Below, one piece after another: positions 30,523 to 40,257 of a stretch of 64,000 nucleotides of DNA (the stretch's first letter is position 1; each line of letters starts with the position of its first letter). The position numbers and the translations under genes are program-made. The DNA comes from Armatimonadota bacterium (GTDB lineage Bacteria; Armatimonadota; SYMT01). The stretch lies in assembly GCA_046292385.1 (NCBI GenBank), contig JBKBRF010000001.1:191305-255304 (forward strand). Reading direction: 5' to 3'. Under the pieces are notes generated by a model, which was not told the DNA's origin, ran no database searches, and worked only from the letters and a program-made list of their open reading frames with translations.

Positions 30523-31431
30523 ATGCCTGCCTCCGGCCCCACTACCGCTCTGCCAGACGTGCTCCACCTGGCCGGGCTTACCGCGGACGTGCTAGCACAG
30601 GTCGACCACCTGGTGGTCGGGTGCGGCGGTTTTGCCCGGGAGCTGGTGCGGTTTACCGGCGGCGCCAGCAGCGTGAAGGATTCCGCCGGGCAGCGGGTGA
30701 CCGAGGCGGACCGGCTAATCGACAGCCTGCTGCGCGAGCGGCTGACGCAGCTCGTCCCCGGCTCCACCGGCTACTCCGAGGAAGGCGGGCGGTTCGGCGC
30801 GGAGCGGGAGGGGCTGCGGGTGCGCTGGTCGATCGATCCGGTCGACGGCACCCGGCCGGCGCTGCTGGGGGGTGCCTTCGGCGTCTCGGTCGGCGCGCTC
30901 GTGTGCGACGGCCGGCAGACCCGGGCCGCCGTAGGCTGGCTCTACGCGCCGACCCTCGCGACCCTCTACCGCGGCATCCTGACGGGCGACTTCGCCGAGG
31001 CTCGGTTGAACGGCGACCTCGTACGCCTTCCGAAGCTGGCGCCGCTGGAGAACTGCTACCTCGGGGTCAGCAGCAACTGGCGCTCCACCTTCCTGACAGG
31101 CTGCTCGCTCAAGCTCTCCGCGGCGGGTGCCACCTCCATCCACCTGACCCAGCTCTTGCAGCCCGGCAGCGATGTCGCCGCGGTGGCGCTCACCCGCTAC
31201 CGGGCCTACGACGTAGCCGGGGCGCTCGTGCCGGCGGTCGCGGCCGGCTGTGCCGTCTACCCGCTCGAGATGGATCGCGGCGGGATCGCCTCTGAGCCGC
31301 TCGACCCGCTCGCCTACCTGGCCGGAGGAGCGCGGCAGCCGGAGGCGCTCGGGCCGCCGGTGCTCGTCTGCCGGCCGGAGGTGGCGGACCGGCTGCGCGA
31401 GCGGTGCGGGAGTCCGGAGCAGCACTCCTGA
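30523..31431 (+). CDS. Inositol monophosphatase (FIG superfamily) protein
   Basis: VTEAD, SEE, WSIDPVDGT, YDVAG. Confidence 0.8.
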   Translation: MPASGPTTALPDVLHLAGLTADVLAQVDHLVVGCGGFARELVRFTGGASSVKDSAGQRVTEADRLIDSLLRERLTQLVPGSTGYSEEGGRFGAEREGLRVRWSIDPVDGTRPALLGGAFGVSVGALVCDGRQTRAAVGWLYAPTLATLYRGILTGDFAEARLNGDLVRLPKLAPLENCYLGVSSNWRSTFLTGCSLKLSAAGATSIHLTQLLQPGSDVAAVALTRYRAYDVAGALVPAVAAGCAVYPLEMDRGGIASEPLDPLAYLAGGARQPEALGPPVLVCRPEVADRLRERCGSPEQHS

Positions 31432-32210
31432 TGCGCATCGACGTCGTCACGATCTTTCCCGAGATGGTGCTGGCTCCGCTGGAGCACAGCATCCTGGGGC
31501 GGGCGCGGGAAGCGGGGCTGCTCGACGTCCGCTGCACCGATCCGCGCGAGTTCACCACCGATCGCCACCGGCAGGTCGACGACAGCCCCTACGGCGGCGG
31601 CGCGGGGATGGTGATGAAGCCGGAGCCGCTCTTCGCGGCGGTCGAGGCGCTGGCGCAGGAGCCGCCGGCGCCGGAGCGGGTGGTCCTCTTCACGCCGCTG
31701 GGGCGCCGGTTCGACCAGGAGGTCGCCCGCGAGCTCTCCGGCTGCTCCCGGTTGGTATTCCTCTGCGGCCGGTATGAGGGAATGGATGAGCGGGTCCATC
31801 GCCACCTTGCCACCGACGAGCTCTCGATCGGCGACTTTGTGCTGACCGGAGGAGAATTCGCGGCGCTGGTGGTGATCGACGCGGTGGCGCGGCTGCTGCC
31901 GGGGGTGCTGGGGAAGGACGAGTCGTCGGAGATCGAGACGTTCAGCGAGCACCTGCTGGAGTACCCGCATTACACCCGGCCGGCCGATTTCCGCGGCTGG
32001 CGCGTGCCGGAGATCCTGCTCTCCGGGAACCACCAGGCGGTGGAGCTGTGGCGGCGGGAGCAGGCGCTCCGGCGGACCCTGGAGCGCCGGCGCGACCTGT
32101 TCCTGCGGCACGAGCTAACGGTGGAAGACCAGAAGCTGCTCGGCCTGATTCCGCCGAAGAAGAAGCGCCGGCGCCGGAAGCCGGAAGAGGGAGAACCGAA
32201 TGCGTCGTGA
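31431..32210 (+). CDS. trmD: tRNA (guanine37-N1)-methyltransferase
   Basis: VDDSPYGGGAGMV, CGRYEG.DER, SIGDFVLTGGE, LEYPHYTRP, LSGNH. Confidence 0.97.
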   Translation: MRIDVVTIFPEMVLAPLEHSILGRAREAGLLDVRCTDPREFTTDRHRQVDDSPYGGGAGMVMKPEPLFAAVEALAQEPPAPERVVLFTPLGRRFDQEVARELSGCSRLVFLCGRYEGMDERVHRHLATDELSIGDFVLTGGEFAALVVIDAVARLLPGVLGKDESSEIETFSEHLLEYPHYTRPADFRGWRVPEILLSGNHQAVELWRREQALRRTLERRRDLFLRHELTVEDQKLLGLIPPKKKRRRRKPEEGEPNAS

Positions 32211-32790
32211 GAGTGCCCGCGGAAACAAGCCGAAGAAGGGGAAGAGCGCCCCGGCGACCCAGCCCCCGCAGGACGCGCCGGAGCGGGCCCGCGATCTCCT
32301 CCTCCGGCTGGAGACCGGCGGTCCGAACCCGGTGAACGCCGCGGAAGAGCTCGACCGCCTGCAGGGCCGCCTGGAGCGGGACGGCACGCTGGAGCTGTTT
32401 CGGGAGCACGTCGCCGAGCTGGCCGACGCATGGTCGGAGACCGCGCTCCGCGGGGAGCGAGGGCGGGCGTGGCTGACGCTGGTGGGCGCCTACGACCTGA
32501 AGGAGCACACGCTCCTGGTGGCGAACCTGGCGCTCGATCCAGGCCTGCCTGGGCCGCTGCGCTCCCAGGCGTGTCACGTCCTGGCGCGCCTGGGCGGGGA
32601 GACCGCCTCCGGCGCGCTGCAGCAGGTGCTGCTCTCCGGCGGCGACGCGCAGGTCCGCGCCGCGTCCGCGGAGAGCCTGGGGCTGCTCCGGGACCGCTCC
32701 GTGCGTCCCGTCCTGGAGACGCTGCTGGAGGAGGACCTCCCTCGTAACGTCTGGAACGCGGTTAGCGAGGCGGCGGACCGCCTGCGCTGA
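32200..32790 (+). CDS. HEAT-repeat protein
   Basis: LRSQACHVLARLG, VRAASAESLGLL repeats; GGAG RBS; overlaps the trmD end. Confidence 0.7.
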   Translation: MRRESARGNKPKKGKSAPATQPPQDAPERARDLLLRLETGGPNPVNAAEELDRLQGRLERDGTLELFREHVAELADAWSETALRGERGRAWLTLVGAYDLKEHTLLVANLALDPGLPGPLRSQACHVLARLGGETASGALQQVLLSGGDAQVRAASAESLGLLRDRSVRPVLETLLEEDLPRNVWNAVSEAADRLR

Positions 32791-32828
32791 CGAGCCGGCC
32801 GGCGCGAGACCCGCCGCACTCTCCCGGA

Positions 32829-34112
32829 GTGCCGATGCTGATTCTCGCCGCCGCGCTGATCGATGGAACCGGCGCGGAGCCGTCTCGTGATATCGCCGTT
32901 CTGCTCGACGGCGAGCGGATCACCCGGGTGCTGCCCCAACGCGACCTCGAGCGCACCGCCCGGGAAGGACGGGAGGTGCTCGACCTTGGCGACGCCACGC
33001 TGCTGCCGGGCTTGATCGACACGCACGTCCACCTCACCTTCAGCGCGGCCCCCACGCACGAGGAAGTACGCCGCGCCGTGACGGAGGAGAGTGACGCCAC
33101 CCTCGCCCTGCGGGCGATCGGCAACGCGCAGGCTCACCTCGCCGGCGGGGTCACCACCGTGCGCGATGTCGGCGGGCGCGGCTTCGTCGCCCTGGCGGTG
33201 CGGGACGCAGTCGCCGCCGGCATCGTTCTCGGCCCGCGCATCCTCGCCTCGGGCCCCGCGATCACCACCCGCACGGGGCACCTGAACTACCTCGGGGCGG
33301 TGGCGGACGATGCGGAGGAGGTCCGGATGAGGGTCGCGGAGGTGCTCGACGCCGGGGCCGACCTGGTGAAGATCTGCGCGACGGGCGGGATCATGACCGC
33401 CGAGTCGGACCCGATGCAGAGCCAGTACACGGCGGAAGAGCTGCGGGCGGCGGTGGAGGTGGCGGAAGCGCGCGGCAAGCTCGTGGCGGCCCACGTACTC
33501 ACCACCGACGGCGTGGAGCGCTGCGTGGAGGCGGGGGTCCGCAGCCTGGAGCACTGCCTGTTCCAGGAAGCCCCCGGCGAGTACCGGTTCCGTCCGGAGC
33601 TGGCCGAGCGGATGCGGGACCGGGGAATCTTCGCCGGCCTGACGTACGCGGGAATCACGCAGGCCCGGTACCGCCGCGAGGTGCTGGGCGAGGCGGTGGG
33701 AGAGCTCGGAATCTGGCAGGAGCGGCTGATGCGGCGGGGCGCGGCAGAGCGGGCGCTGATCGACGCCGGGGTCCGGTACGTGCTCCACTCCGACTGCGGC
33801 GTGCGGGAGACGCCGTTCGGCGAGTTCTGGCGGGTGCTCGCGTCCGCCTGCTACGAGCTCTCCCTCTCGCCGCTGGAGGCGATCCGGGCCGCCACCGGCA
33901 CCGCCGCCGAGCTGCTGGGGCTGGGGGCGGAGCTGGGCAGCGTCGCCCCCGGCAAGCGCGCGGACCTGCTGGCGGTGAGCGGCCGGCCGGAAGAGCGGAT
34001 CAAGGCGCTGGCCCGGCCCGGGATGGTGATGCGCGACGGCCGGGTGGTCAGCCGCGAACGGGACGGCGGGGGCTCGCTCCGCGCCCCCTTCTGCCCGGAA
34101 CGGCGCGCGTGA
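32829..34112 (+). CDS. Metal-dependent amidohydrolase (prolidase-like)
   Basis: LLPGLIDTHVH, GVTTVRD, VKICATGG, AAH, SLEH, SD, GKRADL. Confidence 0.88.
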   Translation: MPMLILAAALIDGTGAEPSRDIAVLLDGERITRVLPQRDLERTAREGREVLDLGDATLLPGLIDTHVHLTFSAAPTHEEVRRAVTEESDATLALRAIGNAQAHLAGGVTTVRDVGGRGFVALAVRDAVAAGIVLGPRILASGPAITTRTGHLNYLGAVADDAEEVRMRVAEVLDAGADLVKICATGGIMTAESDPMQSQYTAEELRAAVEVAEARGKLVAAHVLTTDGVERCVEAGVRSLEHCLFQEAPGEYRFRPELAERMRDRGIFAGLTYAGITQARYRREVLGEAVGELGIWQERLMRRGAAERALIDAGVRYVLHSDCGVRETPFGEFWRVLASACYELSLSPLEAIRAATGTAAELLGLGAELGSVAPGKRADLLAVSGRPEERIKALARPGMVMRDGRVVSRERDGGGSLRAPFCPERRA

Positions 34113-34201
34113 TCTGGGCTATAATGCAGAGGCCCCCGGCAGGTGCCGGTGGGGTCTGCGGTGCGCGTGGTCGCCCCATACCGATCGGTAGCCGTCAGAT
34201 T

Positions 34202-34549
34202 ATGTACGCCATTAACTTCTATACGTCCCTCTACGAGGACATGCTGGTCCGCGGCCGCAAGACGGCCACCATCCGCCTGGGTGACAAGGTCGAAAAGTAC
34301 AAGCCGGGCGAGCTGGTGTGGATTACGGTGGGCCAGCGCTTCGGGCGCCGCCGGAAGCTCTTCACCGCGATCATCGACTCCGTCACGGTGAAGCCGCTCA
34401 TGGACGTCACCCCGCGGGAGCTGGACCGCGAGAACCCGGAGATGCGGACGCACGGCGAGCTGGCCAAGTTTCTCGCGATGATTTACGACCGCCCGGTGGC
34501 CCAGGACGACATCGTGACCGTCGTCCACTTCTCGCCGGTCAGCGAGTAG
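34202..34549 (+). CDS. ASCH-domain protein
   Basis: INF...GRKTATIR (GxKxxTxR); TATAAT at 34120-34125. Confidence 0.8.
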   Translation: MYAINFYTSLYEDMLVRGRKTATIRLGDKVEKYKPGELVWITVGQRFGRRRKLFTAIIDSVTVKPLMDVTPRELDRENPEMRTHGELAKFLAMIYDRPVAQDDIVTVVHFSPVSE

Positions 34550-34576
34550 GCGCAAGCTCCGCAGCAGGCATGAAAC

Positions 34577-34608
34577 AGAGGGGAGGCTCCGGATGGGGCC
34601 TCCCCTCT
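34577..34608. terminator. Hairpin between convergent genes
   Basis: AGAGGGGAGGCTCC-GGAT-GGGGCCTCCCCTCT; no strong U-tract. Confidence 0.5.
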
Positions 34609-34789
34609 ACGTATGTCAACCGCCGGGGCGGATTGGGAGCGCGGCAGCCGGCGCCCAACCGCCGCGCTCGTGTCGTGGGCCGGTATGCAGTTCGGCGGGA
34701 GCGCGGTAGCTGGGCGCCGGGAGATCGCGCTCATATCTCCAGGACCCGGAGGGCTCTGCCACGGTTCCGTGTGCGTTACCGGCCTTTGT

Positions 34790-35404
34790 TCATGGAGAGC
34801 CCGCCAGGCAGGCGATCGTGGCTCGGATCGCGCGCGCGATCTCTTCCACCGGAAGGAATGCCTGCCCCGCGGAGGCTTGCTCCGGCAGCGCCGGGAGGTG
34901 CAGAAAGCCGGCCGGTGGAGCGGTAGGGTCGCGCTCCCGCCGCCGCAGCGAGCGGTAGAGCACGTGGTTGCAGAGGTAAATCCCCGCGTGGTTGGAAGTG
35001 ACCGCGGGGACGCCCTCCGCGCGGATCGCCTCGGTGATCCGCTCCACGGGCAGGGGAGAGACGAGCGCGGCGGGTCCGTCCGGCTCGATCCACTGCTGCG
35101 GCGATTCCGGGGTGGGGAGGCTGCTCTCCACATACCGCACGTTCACCGCCAGCCGCTCCGGGCGCACGTGAGAGGCGCCGGTAGCCTGCCCGGTATGCAG
35201 CAGGAGATCGTACCGCTCCGCCGCCAGCTCGCGCTCCACCGCCTCGGTATCGCGGTCGTAGCTCACGGGCAGCACGGCGAAGCGCAGGTCCCAGTGGCGG
35301 CCCCACTGCTCCAGGAAGAGCCGGCAGCCCTCCAGGCTGGAGTTGAGGCCGGTGCCGTCGAACGGCTCGAACGCCGTCAGCAGGATCCGCATTCGCTCCG
35401 GCAC
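34790..35404 (-). CDS. pcp: Pyroglutamyl-peptidase I
   Basis: ILLTAFEPF, LPV, ERLAVN, SNHAGIYLCN (Cys), GFLHLP (His). Confidence 0.9.
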   Translation of the reverse strand: MPERMRILLTAFEPFDGTGLNSSLEGCRLFLEQWGRHWDLRFAVLPVSYDRDTEAVERELAAERYDLLLHTGQATGASHVRPERLAVNVRYVESSLPTPESPQQWIEPDGPAALVSPLPVERITEAIRAEGVPAVTSNHAGIYLCNHVLYRSLRRRERDPTAPPAGFLHLPALPEQASAGQAFLPVEEIARAIRATIACLAGSP

Positions 35405-35406
35405 TT

Positions 35407-35889
35407 TTAAGCGATCAGGGCCTTGTTAAAGCAGGAGATCAGCTCCTGCGGCACCGCAGACTGGTCCCGGCCCGTGAAGACGAGGAGACACTCGTCGTTC
35501 ACCAGCTTCTCCTTCGACTGCCGCAGCCAGGAGCAGAGCGTCTTCGCCAGGCTGTCGTCTCCCTCGTGCAGCTTCTTCCACTTCGCCAGCGCGGCATCCA
35601 GCTTGTCCAGGTACATTACGCTGTTCTTCTGCGCCTCGCACAGCCGCAGCAGGTTCTCCAACTGGTGCTGCGCGTCGTGGTTTTCGAACAGCTCCATCAG
35701 GTTGCACATCAGCACGTCGCGTCCGAGCCGGTCCGCGATCCGACCCACGGCGGCCGCTTTGCCGGTCCCGGGAGGGGCCAGGATCAAGACGGCGGCGTCG
35801 GTCGCCCCGGTCTGGACCAGCCAGTCGTTCAGCCCGGGGATGTCTACGGAACCTTTCAGCTCGTCGGCGTGCAGATTGCGGAAGTGCAT
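35407..35889 (-). CDS. Stand-alone degenerate AAA-like P-loop protein
   Basis: ILAPPGTGKA, MYLDKLD; AGGAGA RBS; 160 aa. Confidence 0.7.
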   Translation of the reverse strand: MHFRNLHADELKGSVDIPGLNDWLVQTGATDAAVLILAPPGTGKAAAVGRIADRLGRDVLMCNLMELFENHDAQHQLENLLRLCEAQKNSVMYLDKLDAALAKWKKLHEGDDSLAKTLCSWLRQSKEKLVNDECLLVFTGRDQSAVPQELISCFNKALIA

Positions 35890-36040
35890 GGGTCTTCTCC
35901 TTGGGCGGGAGGTGGGGAGGGGGAGTCCATCGCCTTTAACGTTGCCCCGGGAGAGGGTGTCGAAACGCGATTCGTACCCCCGCCCCGCCGCGGGAACCGA
36001 AGCCTTACCGGGAGGTTCGCCGGGCCGTCTGGGGAGCCCT

Positions 36041-36222
36041 CTAAAGGCTAAAGGCAGAAGGCTAAAGGCTAAAGTCCGAACCGTCCGTTAGCGGGAGGTC
36101 TTGCTCCTGCTACTACTCTTGCTCTTGCTCGCTGGCGAGCTTCGATTCTCCGGCGCGTCCTCGCCAGCTTAGGCCGTGCGGTGGCGGAGCTCGTTCTCTT
36201 TCTCCTTCTCGTTCTCTTTCTC
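36041..36222 (+). repeat. (CTAAAGG)-type array, then dispersed element, then hexamer array
   Basis: 5 heptamer units at 36041-36075, TCCGAACC...TTGCTCGCTGGCGA...CCGGCGCGTCCTCGCCAGCT to 36169, CTC(G/T/C)TT hexamers at 36190-36222. Confidence 0.85.
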
Positions 36223-36612
36223 CAGGCCGCTGCCCGGGTGAACGCAGGCTCCGGCGCGGGGCGGCGAAGGCAGTAATCCGTCCGCCCGCAGCCTTGCGGC
36301 TCCGTTGCTCGCTACGCTAGCACCACTCAAAGCCGCGGCGGGAACGCGCGGCCCCCGGGCCGGGTCCGAAGTAGCACTGAACGGAAGCGGCGGAGCGGGC
36401 AACTATTCTGGCAAGGCAGACCGGCTTCGGGACGCTCGTCACCAGCTCACTGCGACGGCGCCTCGGAATCGCTACCTGGCGGGAAGCAACCGAAGAACCG
36501 GTTTTCTCGTCTATTAGAGCAAGGACCGGTGGCTCTCCCGGGGCCGAACCGTGGACCGGCGGTGGATTCCACCGCGGCGCGGGGCGGCTCCGTCCACTGC
36601 AGAGGTACATCC

Positions 36613-37512
36613 ATGGCCGAGCATGTTGGGGCGCTCGAACGATGGCTGCGCTACAGCCGCAGCGGGGATGAGGAAGATCCGCTCGCGGAGGCGCGGCCGC
36701 GGATCTCCCGCAACAGCCTGACCTACTCCACGCATCACCGCCTGCTCAGCGCGCGGGAGGAAGTGATCCTCGCGGCGCGAGCCCGCAGCGGCGACCCGGC
36801 CGCGCGCCAGGCGATGATGGAGGCGAACATCCGGCTGGTGATGAGCGTGGCGCGGAGGTACACCTGCAAGAGCCTGACGTTCGAGGACCTGGTGCAGGAG
36901 GGGATCGTCGGCCTGCTGGAGGCGATCAACAAGTTCGACGGCACCCTGGGCAACCGGTTCAGCACCTACGCCACCTACTGGATCCGCCAGGCGATCGTGC
37001 GCGCCATCGAGAAGCAGGACCGCCTGATCCGGCTCCCCGTCTACGGCTGCGACGCGGTGCGGAAAGTGGAGCGGGTGACCCGCGCCCTCGCCGACTCGCT
37101 GGGCCGCGAGCCGAGCCCGGAAGAGGTGGCGCGCGAGACCGGGCTGCCGCTCCGGCTGGTCAAGAACATCGAGAAGTACGGGCAGGACCCGCTCTCGCTT
37201 GACGTGCTGGTGGGGGACAGCGAGGACACCGTCTTCTCCGACCTGGTGGTCGACGGCGACGCGATCGACCCCGCGGATACCGCGTTGAGCTCCATGGAGC
37301 GCGAGGTGCTGCTGGAGCAGGTGGAGCACCTGGAGCCGCGGGAGCAGCTGGTCATCCAGAAGCGGTTCGGGTTGGTCGACGGCCAGGTCTACACGCTCAA
37401 GGAGATCGCGGACCAGCTCAAGATGTCGCGCGAGGGAGTCCGCCACGTGCAGATCCGCGCCCTGCGGAAGCTGCGCGACGGCCTGCAGGGCGTGGGGCTG
37501 GTGCCGGCCTGA
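36613..37512 (+). CDS. Sigma-70 family RNA polymerase sigma factor (RpoD/RpoS-like, no region 1.1)
   Basis: LLSAREE, ANIRLV, DLVQEG..GL..A..KFD, FSTYATYWIRQAI, SLD, RFGL...TLKEI; GAGG RBS. Confidence 0.92.
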   Translation: MAEHVGALERWLRYSRSGDEEDPLAEARPRISRNSLTYSTHHRLLSAREEVILAARARSGDPAARQAMMEANIRLVMSVARRYTCKSLTFEDLVQEGIVGLLEAINKFDGTLGNRFSTYATYWIRQAIVRAIEKQDRLIRLPVYGCDAVRKVERVTRALADSLGREPSPEEVARETGLPLRLVKNIEKYGQDPLSLDVLVGDSEDTVFSDLVVDGDAIDPADTALSSMEREVLLEQVEHLEPREQLVIQKRFGLVDGQVYTLKEIADQLKMSREGVRHVQIRALRKLRDGLQGVGLVPA

Positions 37513-37568
37513 CGCCGAATCGAGACCCCGCTCGCTGCGCGAGCCGGGGAAGTTGTCCGACGATTAGC

Positions 37569-37596
37569 GCGGGCGGGACCCCATGGTCCCGCCCGC
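37569..37596 (+). terminator. Perfect 12-bp hairpin after the sigma gene
   Basis: GCGGGCGGGACC-CCAT-GGTCCCGCCCGC; weak U-tract. Confidence 0.4.
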
Positions 37597-37675
37597 TTCC
37601 CGCGAATAGGGCACATTGCGGCTTTGCTGCCGCAGTCTTTCCGTTTCGAAGTAACTCGCTCTCACGAGGTGAACC

Positions 37676-38431
37676 ATGAAGATATCGACCCTCTCCCCGC
37701 GTCTGGTGCCCGCCGCGCTCGCCGCCGCGTGCAGCCTGGCGCTGGTCGCTCCCGTCTTCGCGCAGAAGACGCTCGATCACTACATCCAGCCCAGCCTGAA
37801 GGACCTGAGCGCCAGCGTGGACGTCGTCTCCAAAAACGACCGCGAGCTCGCCAAGATCGGCAAAGGCTACGTGGACGCCTACAAGCTCAGCAAGCAGGAA
37901 GTGTGGGCCAAGGAGCCCGGCCGCGTGCGCTTCCAGGGGAAGCAGGGCGTCTTCACCATTCGCTACGTCACCAACGGCAACCGCAAGCTGACGGAGGTGC
38001 CGACGCTGCGGATCAAGGACGTGGACGACATCAGCCAGGAGCCGTCGAAGGGCGACTCGATCGTCGACCTCGGCGTGATCAGCACCACGTGGGCGAACCG
38101 GGTGGTGAGCCGGTGGCTCCGCACGGAGCAGCGCGCCGGCAAGACGGTGCAGATCTTCCAGACCTGGTACAAGGAAGACCCCCGGCGCAAGTACACCTTC
38201 GTGCTCGACCCGGCGACCAAGACCGTGGTGGAGCGGATCGAGCATCACCGGAATAAGAAGAAGGAAGGCTACCGCAAGCGCCTCGTCTACAGCGAGGTCA
38301 AGCAGGTGGACGGCGTGAGCGTGCCGACTCGGGTGGAGCTCTACAACGGCGAAGGCAAGCTGGCCGGCGTGATGAAGTACGACGCGATCAAGATCAACAG
38401 CGGCCTGCCCGACACGATGTTCACCTTCTAA
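37676..38431 (+). CDS. Exported LolA-like / outer-membrane lipoprotein-sorting protein
   Basis: Signal peptide ending VFA; KEPGRVRF; C-terminal VPTRVE...IKINSGLPDTMF. Confidence 0.7.
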   Translation: MKISTLSPRLVPAALAAACSLALVAPVFAQKTLDHYIQPSLKDLSASVDVVSKNDRELAKIGKGYVDAYKLSKQEVWAKEPGRVRFQGKQGVFTIRYVTNGNRKLTEVPTLRIKDVDDISQEPSKGDSIVDLGVISTTWANRVVSRWLRTEQRAGKTVQIFQTWYKEDPRRKYTFVLDPATKTVVERIEHHRNKKKEGYRKRLVYSEVKQVDGVSVPTRVELYNGEGKLAGVMKYDAIKINSGLPDTMFTF

Positions 38432-38638
38432 CCGGCGTTGCAGGGTTGCAGGTCGCAGGCCCCGACCGCTGACCGCTGACCCCTGCTAACCTGCCGCGGC
38501 AGCCGGTCCCTCCACGCGAGCGGGCCGGCTGCCGCGCTCGGCTTCTGGCCTCGTCGGGGTGCCTGGCGTGGAGGACTTCCGCGGGGGCGGCCGTGAACTG
38601 ACGCTCAGAACGCAGGATGGTCGCGCGAGGGGGCGGGA

Positions 38639-39223
38639 GTGTCGGGCAGGATCGAGGTGATCACGGGGCCGATGTTCAGCGGCAAGTCGACCGAGCTGCT
38701 CCGCCGGCTGCGGCTCGCCCAGATCGCGCGGAAGCGGACCGCCGCCTTCAAGCACGCGGCGGACGTTCGCTACGCCGAAGACGAGATCGCCACCCACGCG
38801 GAGCAGCGGAGCTGGGCCATGGCGGTCTCCACCGCCGGCGAGATCCTGGAATCGTGGCACACGCGCGCCGCGGCGGTAGTCGGGATCGACGAAGCGCAGT
38901 TCTTCGACGACAGCCTGGTGGATGTGGTGGAGGCGCTGGCCCGGCGCGGCAAGCGAGTGCTCGTGGCGGGGCTCAACCAGGACTCCTACGGGCGGCCGTT
39001 CCAGCCGATTCCGGAGCTGATGGCGCGGGCGGACGAAATCTTCCTCTCCCGCGCCGTATGCATGGTCTGCGGCGGAGACGCCACCAAGACCTTCCGCAAG
39101 CCGGGGGCGGCGGTGGCCCAGGTACTGGTGGGAACCGACGAGGAATACGAGGCGCGCTGCCGGGCCTGCTGGTATGCCGGCGAGCAAGCGAAGGAAACTT
39201 CTCCCCGTCTAGAAAACTCCTAA
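38639..39223 (+). CDS. tdk: Thymidine kinase
   Basis: GPMFSGKSTEL, IDEAQFF, VAGL, C..C...YEARCRAC. Confidence 0.95.
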   Translation: MSGRIEVITGPMFSGKSTELLRRLRLAQIARKRTAAFKHAADVRYAEDEIATHAEQRSWAMAVSTAGEILESWHTRAAAVVGIDEAQFFDDSLVDVVEALARRGKRVLVAGLNQDSYGRPFQPIPELMARADEIFLSRAVCMVCGGDATKTFRKPGAAVAQVLVGTDEEYEARCRACWYAGEQAKETSPRLENS

Positions 39224-39283
39224 AGGCCGGGAACACTTCCCAACACCGTGTCGTCGGACAGTTACTGGAGTTTCGCTCAGCTC

Positions 39284-40162
39284 GTGTTGCCTTTGATCAC
39301 CGGCCGAACCGAGGTGTACTGCGTTCTAGGCCACCCCGTGGGGCATTCCGTCTCCCCCGCAATGCAGAACGCGGCCCTGAAAGAAATGGGCCGGGACGGG
39401 GTATACGTTGCCTTCAACGTGGCGCCTGCGGATCTCCCCCGGGCCGTGGAAGGCCTGCGCGCGCTGGGTGTGAGGGGCGCGAACTGCACCATTCCCCATA
39501 AGGAAGCGCTCGTGGGGCTGGTCGATGAGCTCTCGGAAGAAGCGGAGCTCATCGGCGCGGTGAACACGCTGGTGTTCCGAGACGGGAAGGTTCGCGGAGA
39601 GAACACGGACGGCCGCGGGTTCCTGGCGGCCCTGCGCGAGGCAGGCGTCGAGCCGGAAGGCCAGCGGGCGGTAGTGCTGGGAGCCGGAGGGGCCGCGCGG
39701 GCGGTGGTGGTGGCGCTGGCGCAGTGCGGGGCCGAGGTGGCGATAAGCAATCGGACCGAAAGTCGCGCGAGTGAGCTGGCGCGAGAGGTGAACACCCGCC
39801 TCGGTGGTGAACGTGTATCGGTGGCCCCCGGAGAGGCGGCCGCACTGGGCCCGTTGGTGGCCCGGGCGAACCTGCTGGTGAACACGACGTCGGTGGGAAT
39901 GGCGCCGCAGGTCGACGCGATGCCGCCGGTCCCGGCCGAAGCGCTCCATCCGGGGCTGTTCGTATATGATTTGATTTACAATCCCCTCCAGACGCTGCTG
40001 CTGCGCACCGCCCGCTCGCGGGGGGCGCGCGGCACGCACGGGGCGGGGATGCTGGCGCACCAGGGCGCGCTCGCACTGGAGCATTGGACCGGGGTGCGAG
40101 GTCCGGCTCGCTTGATGGAACAGGTAATACTGCGGACCCTCGGCGCGGAAGCGACCGTCTGA
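39284..40162 (+). CDS. aroE: Shikimate dehydrogenase
   Basis: GHPVGHSVSP, NCTIPHK, GAVNT, NTDG, GAGGAA, DLIYNP, GMLAHQG; start codon uncertain. Confidence 0.95.
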   Translation: MLPLITGRTEVYCVLGHPVGHSVSPAMQNAALKEMGRDGVYVAFNVAPADLPRAVEGLRALGVRGANCTIPHKEALVGLVDELSEEAELIGAVNTLVFRDGKVRGENTDGRGFLAALREAGVEPEGQRAVVLGAGGAARAVVVALAQCGAEVAISNRTESRASELAREVNTRLGGERVSVAPGEAAALGPLVARANLLVNTTSVGMAPQVDAMPPVPAEALHPGLFVYDLIYNPLQTLLLRTARSRGARGTHGAGMLAHQGALALEHWTGVRGPARLMEQVILRTLGAEATV

Positions 40163-40257
40163 GCCGCTCGAGACGGCTCAGGTGCGGGCGACCCGCCCGG
40201 GTGAGCCGCGGAGCGGTGCGACAGGGGCTGCATGTTCAGGAATAGGTCGGTATACCC

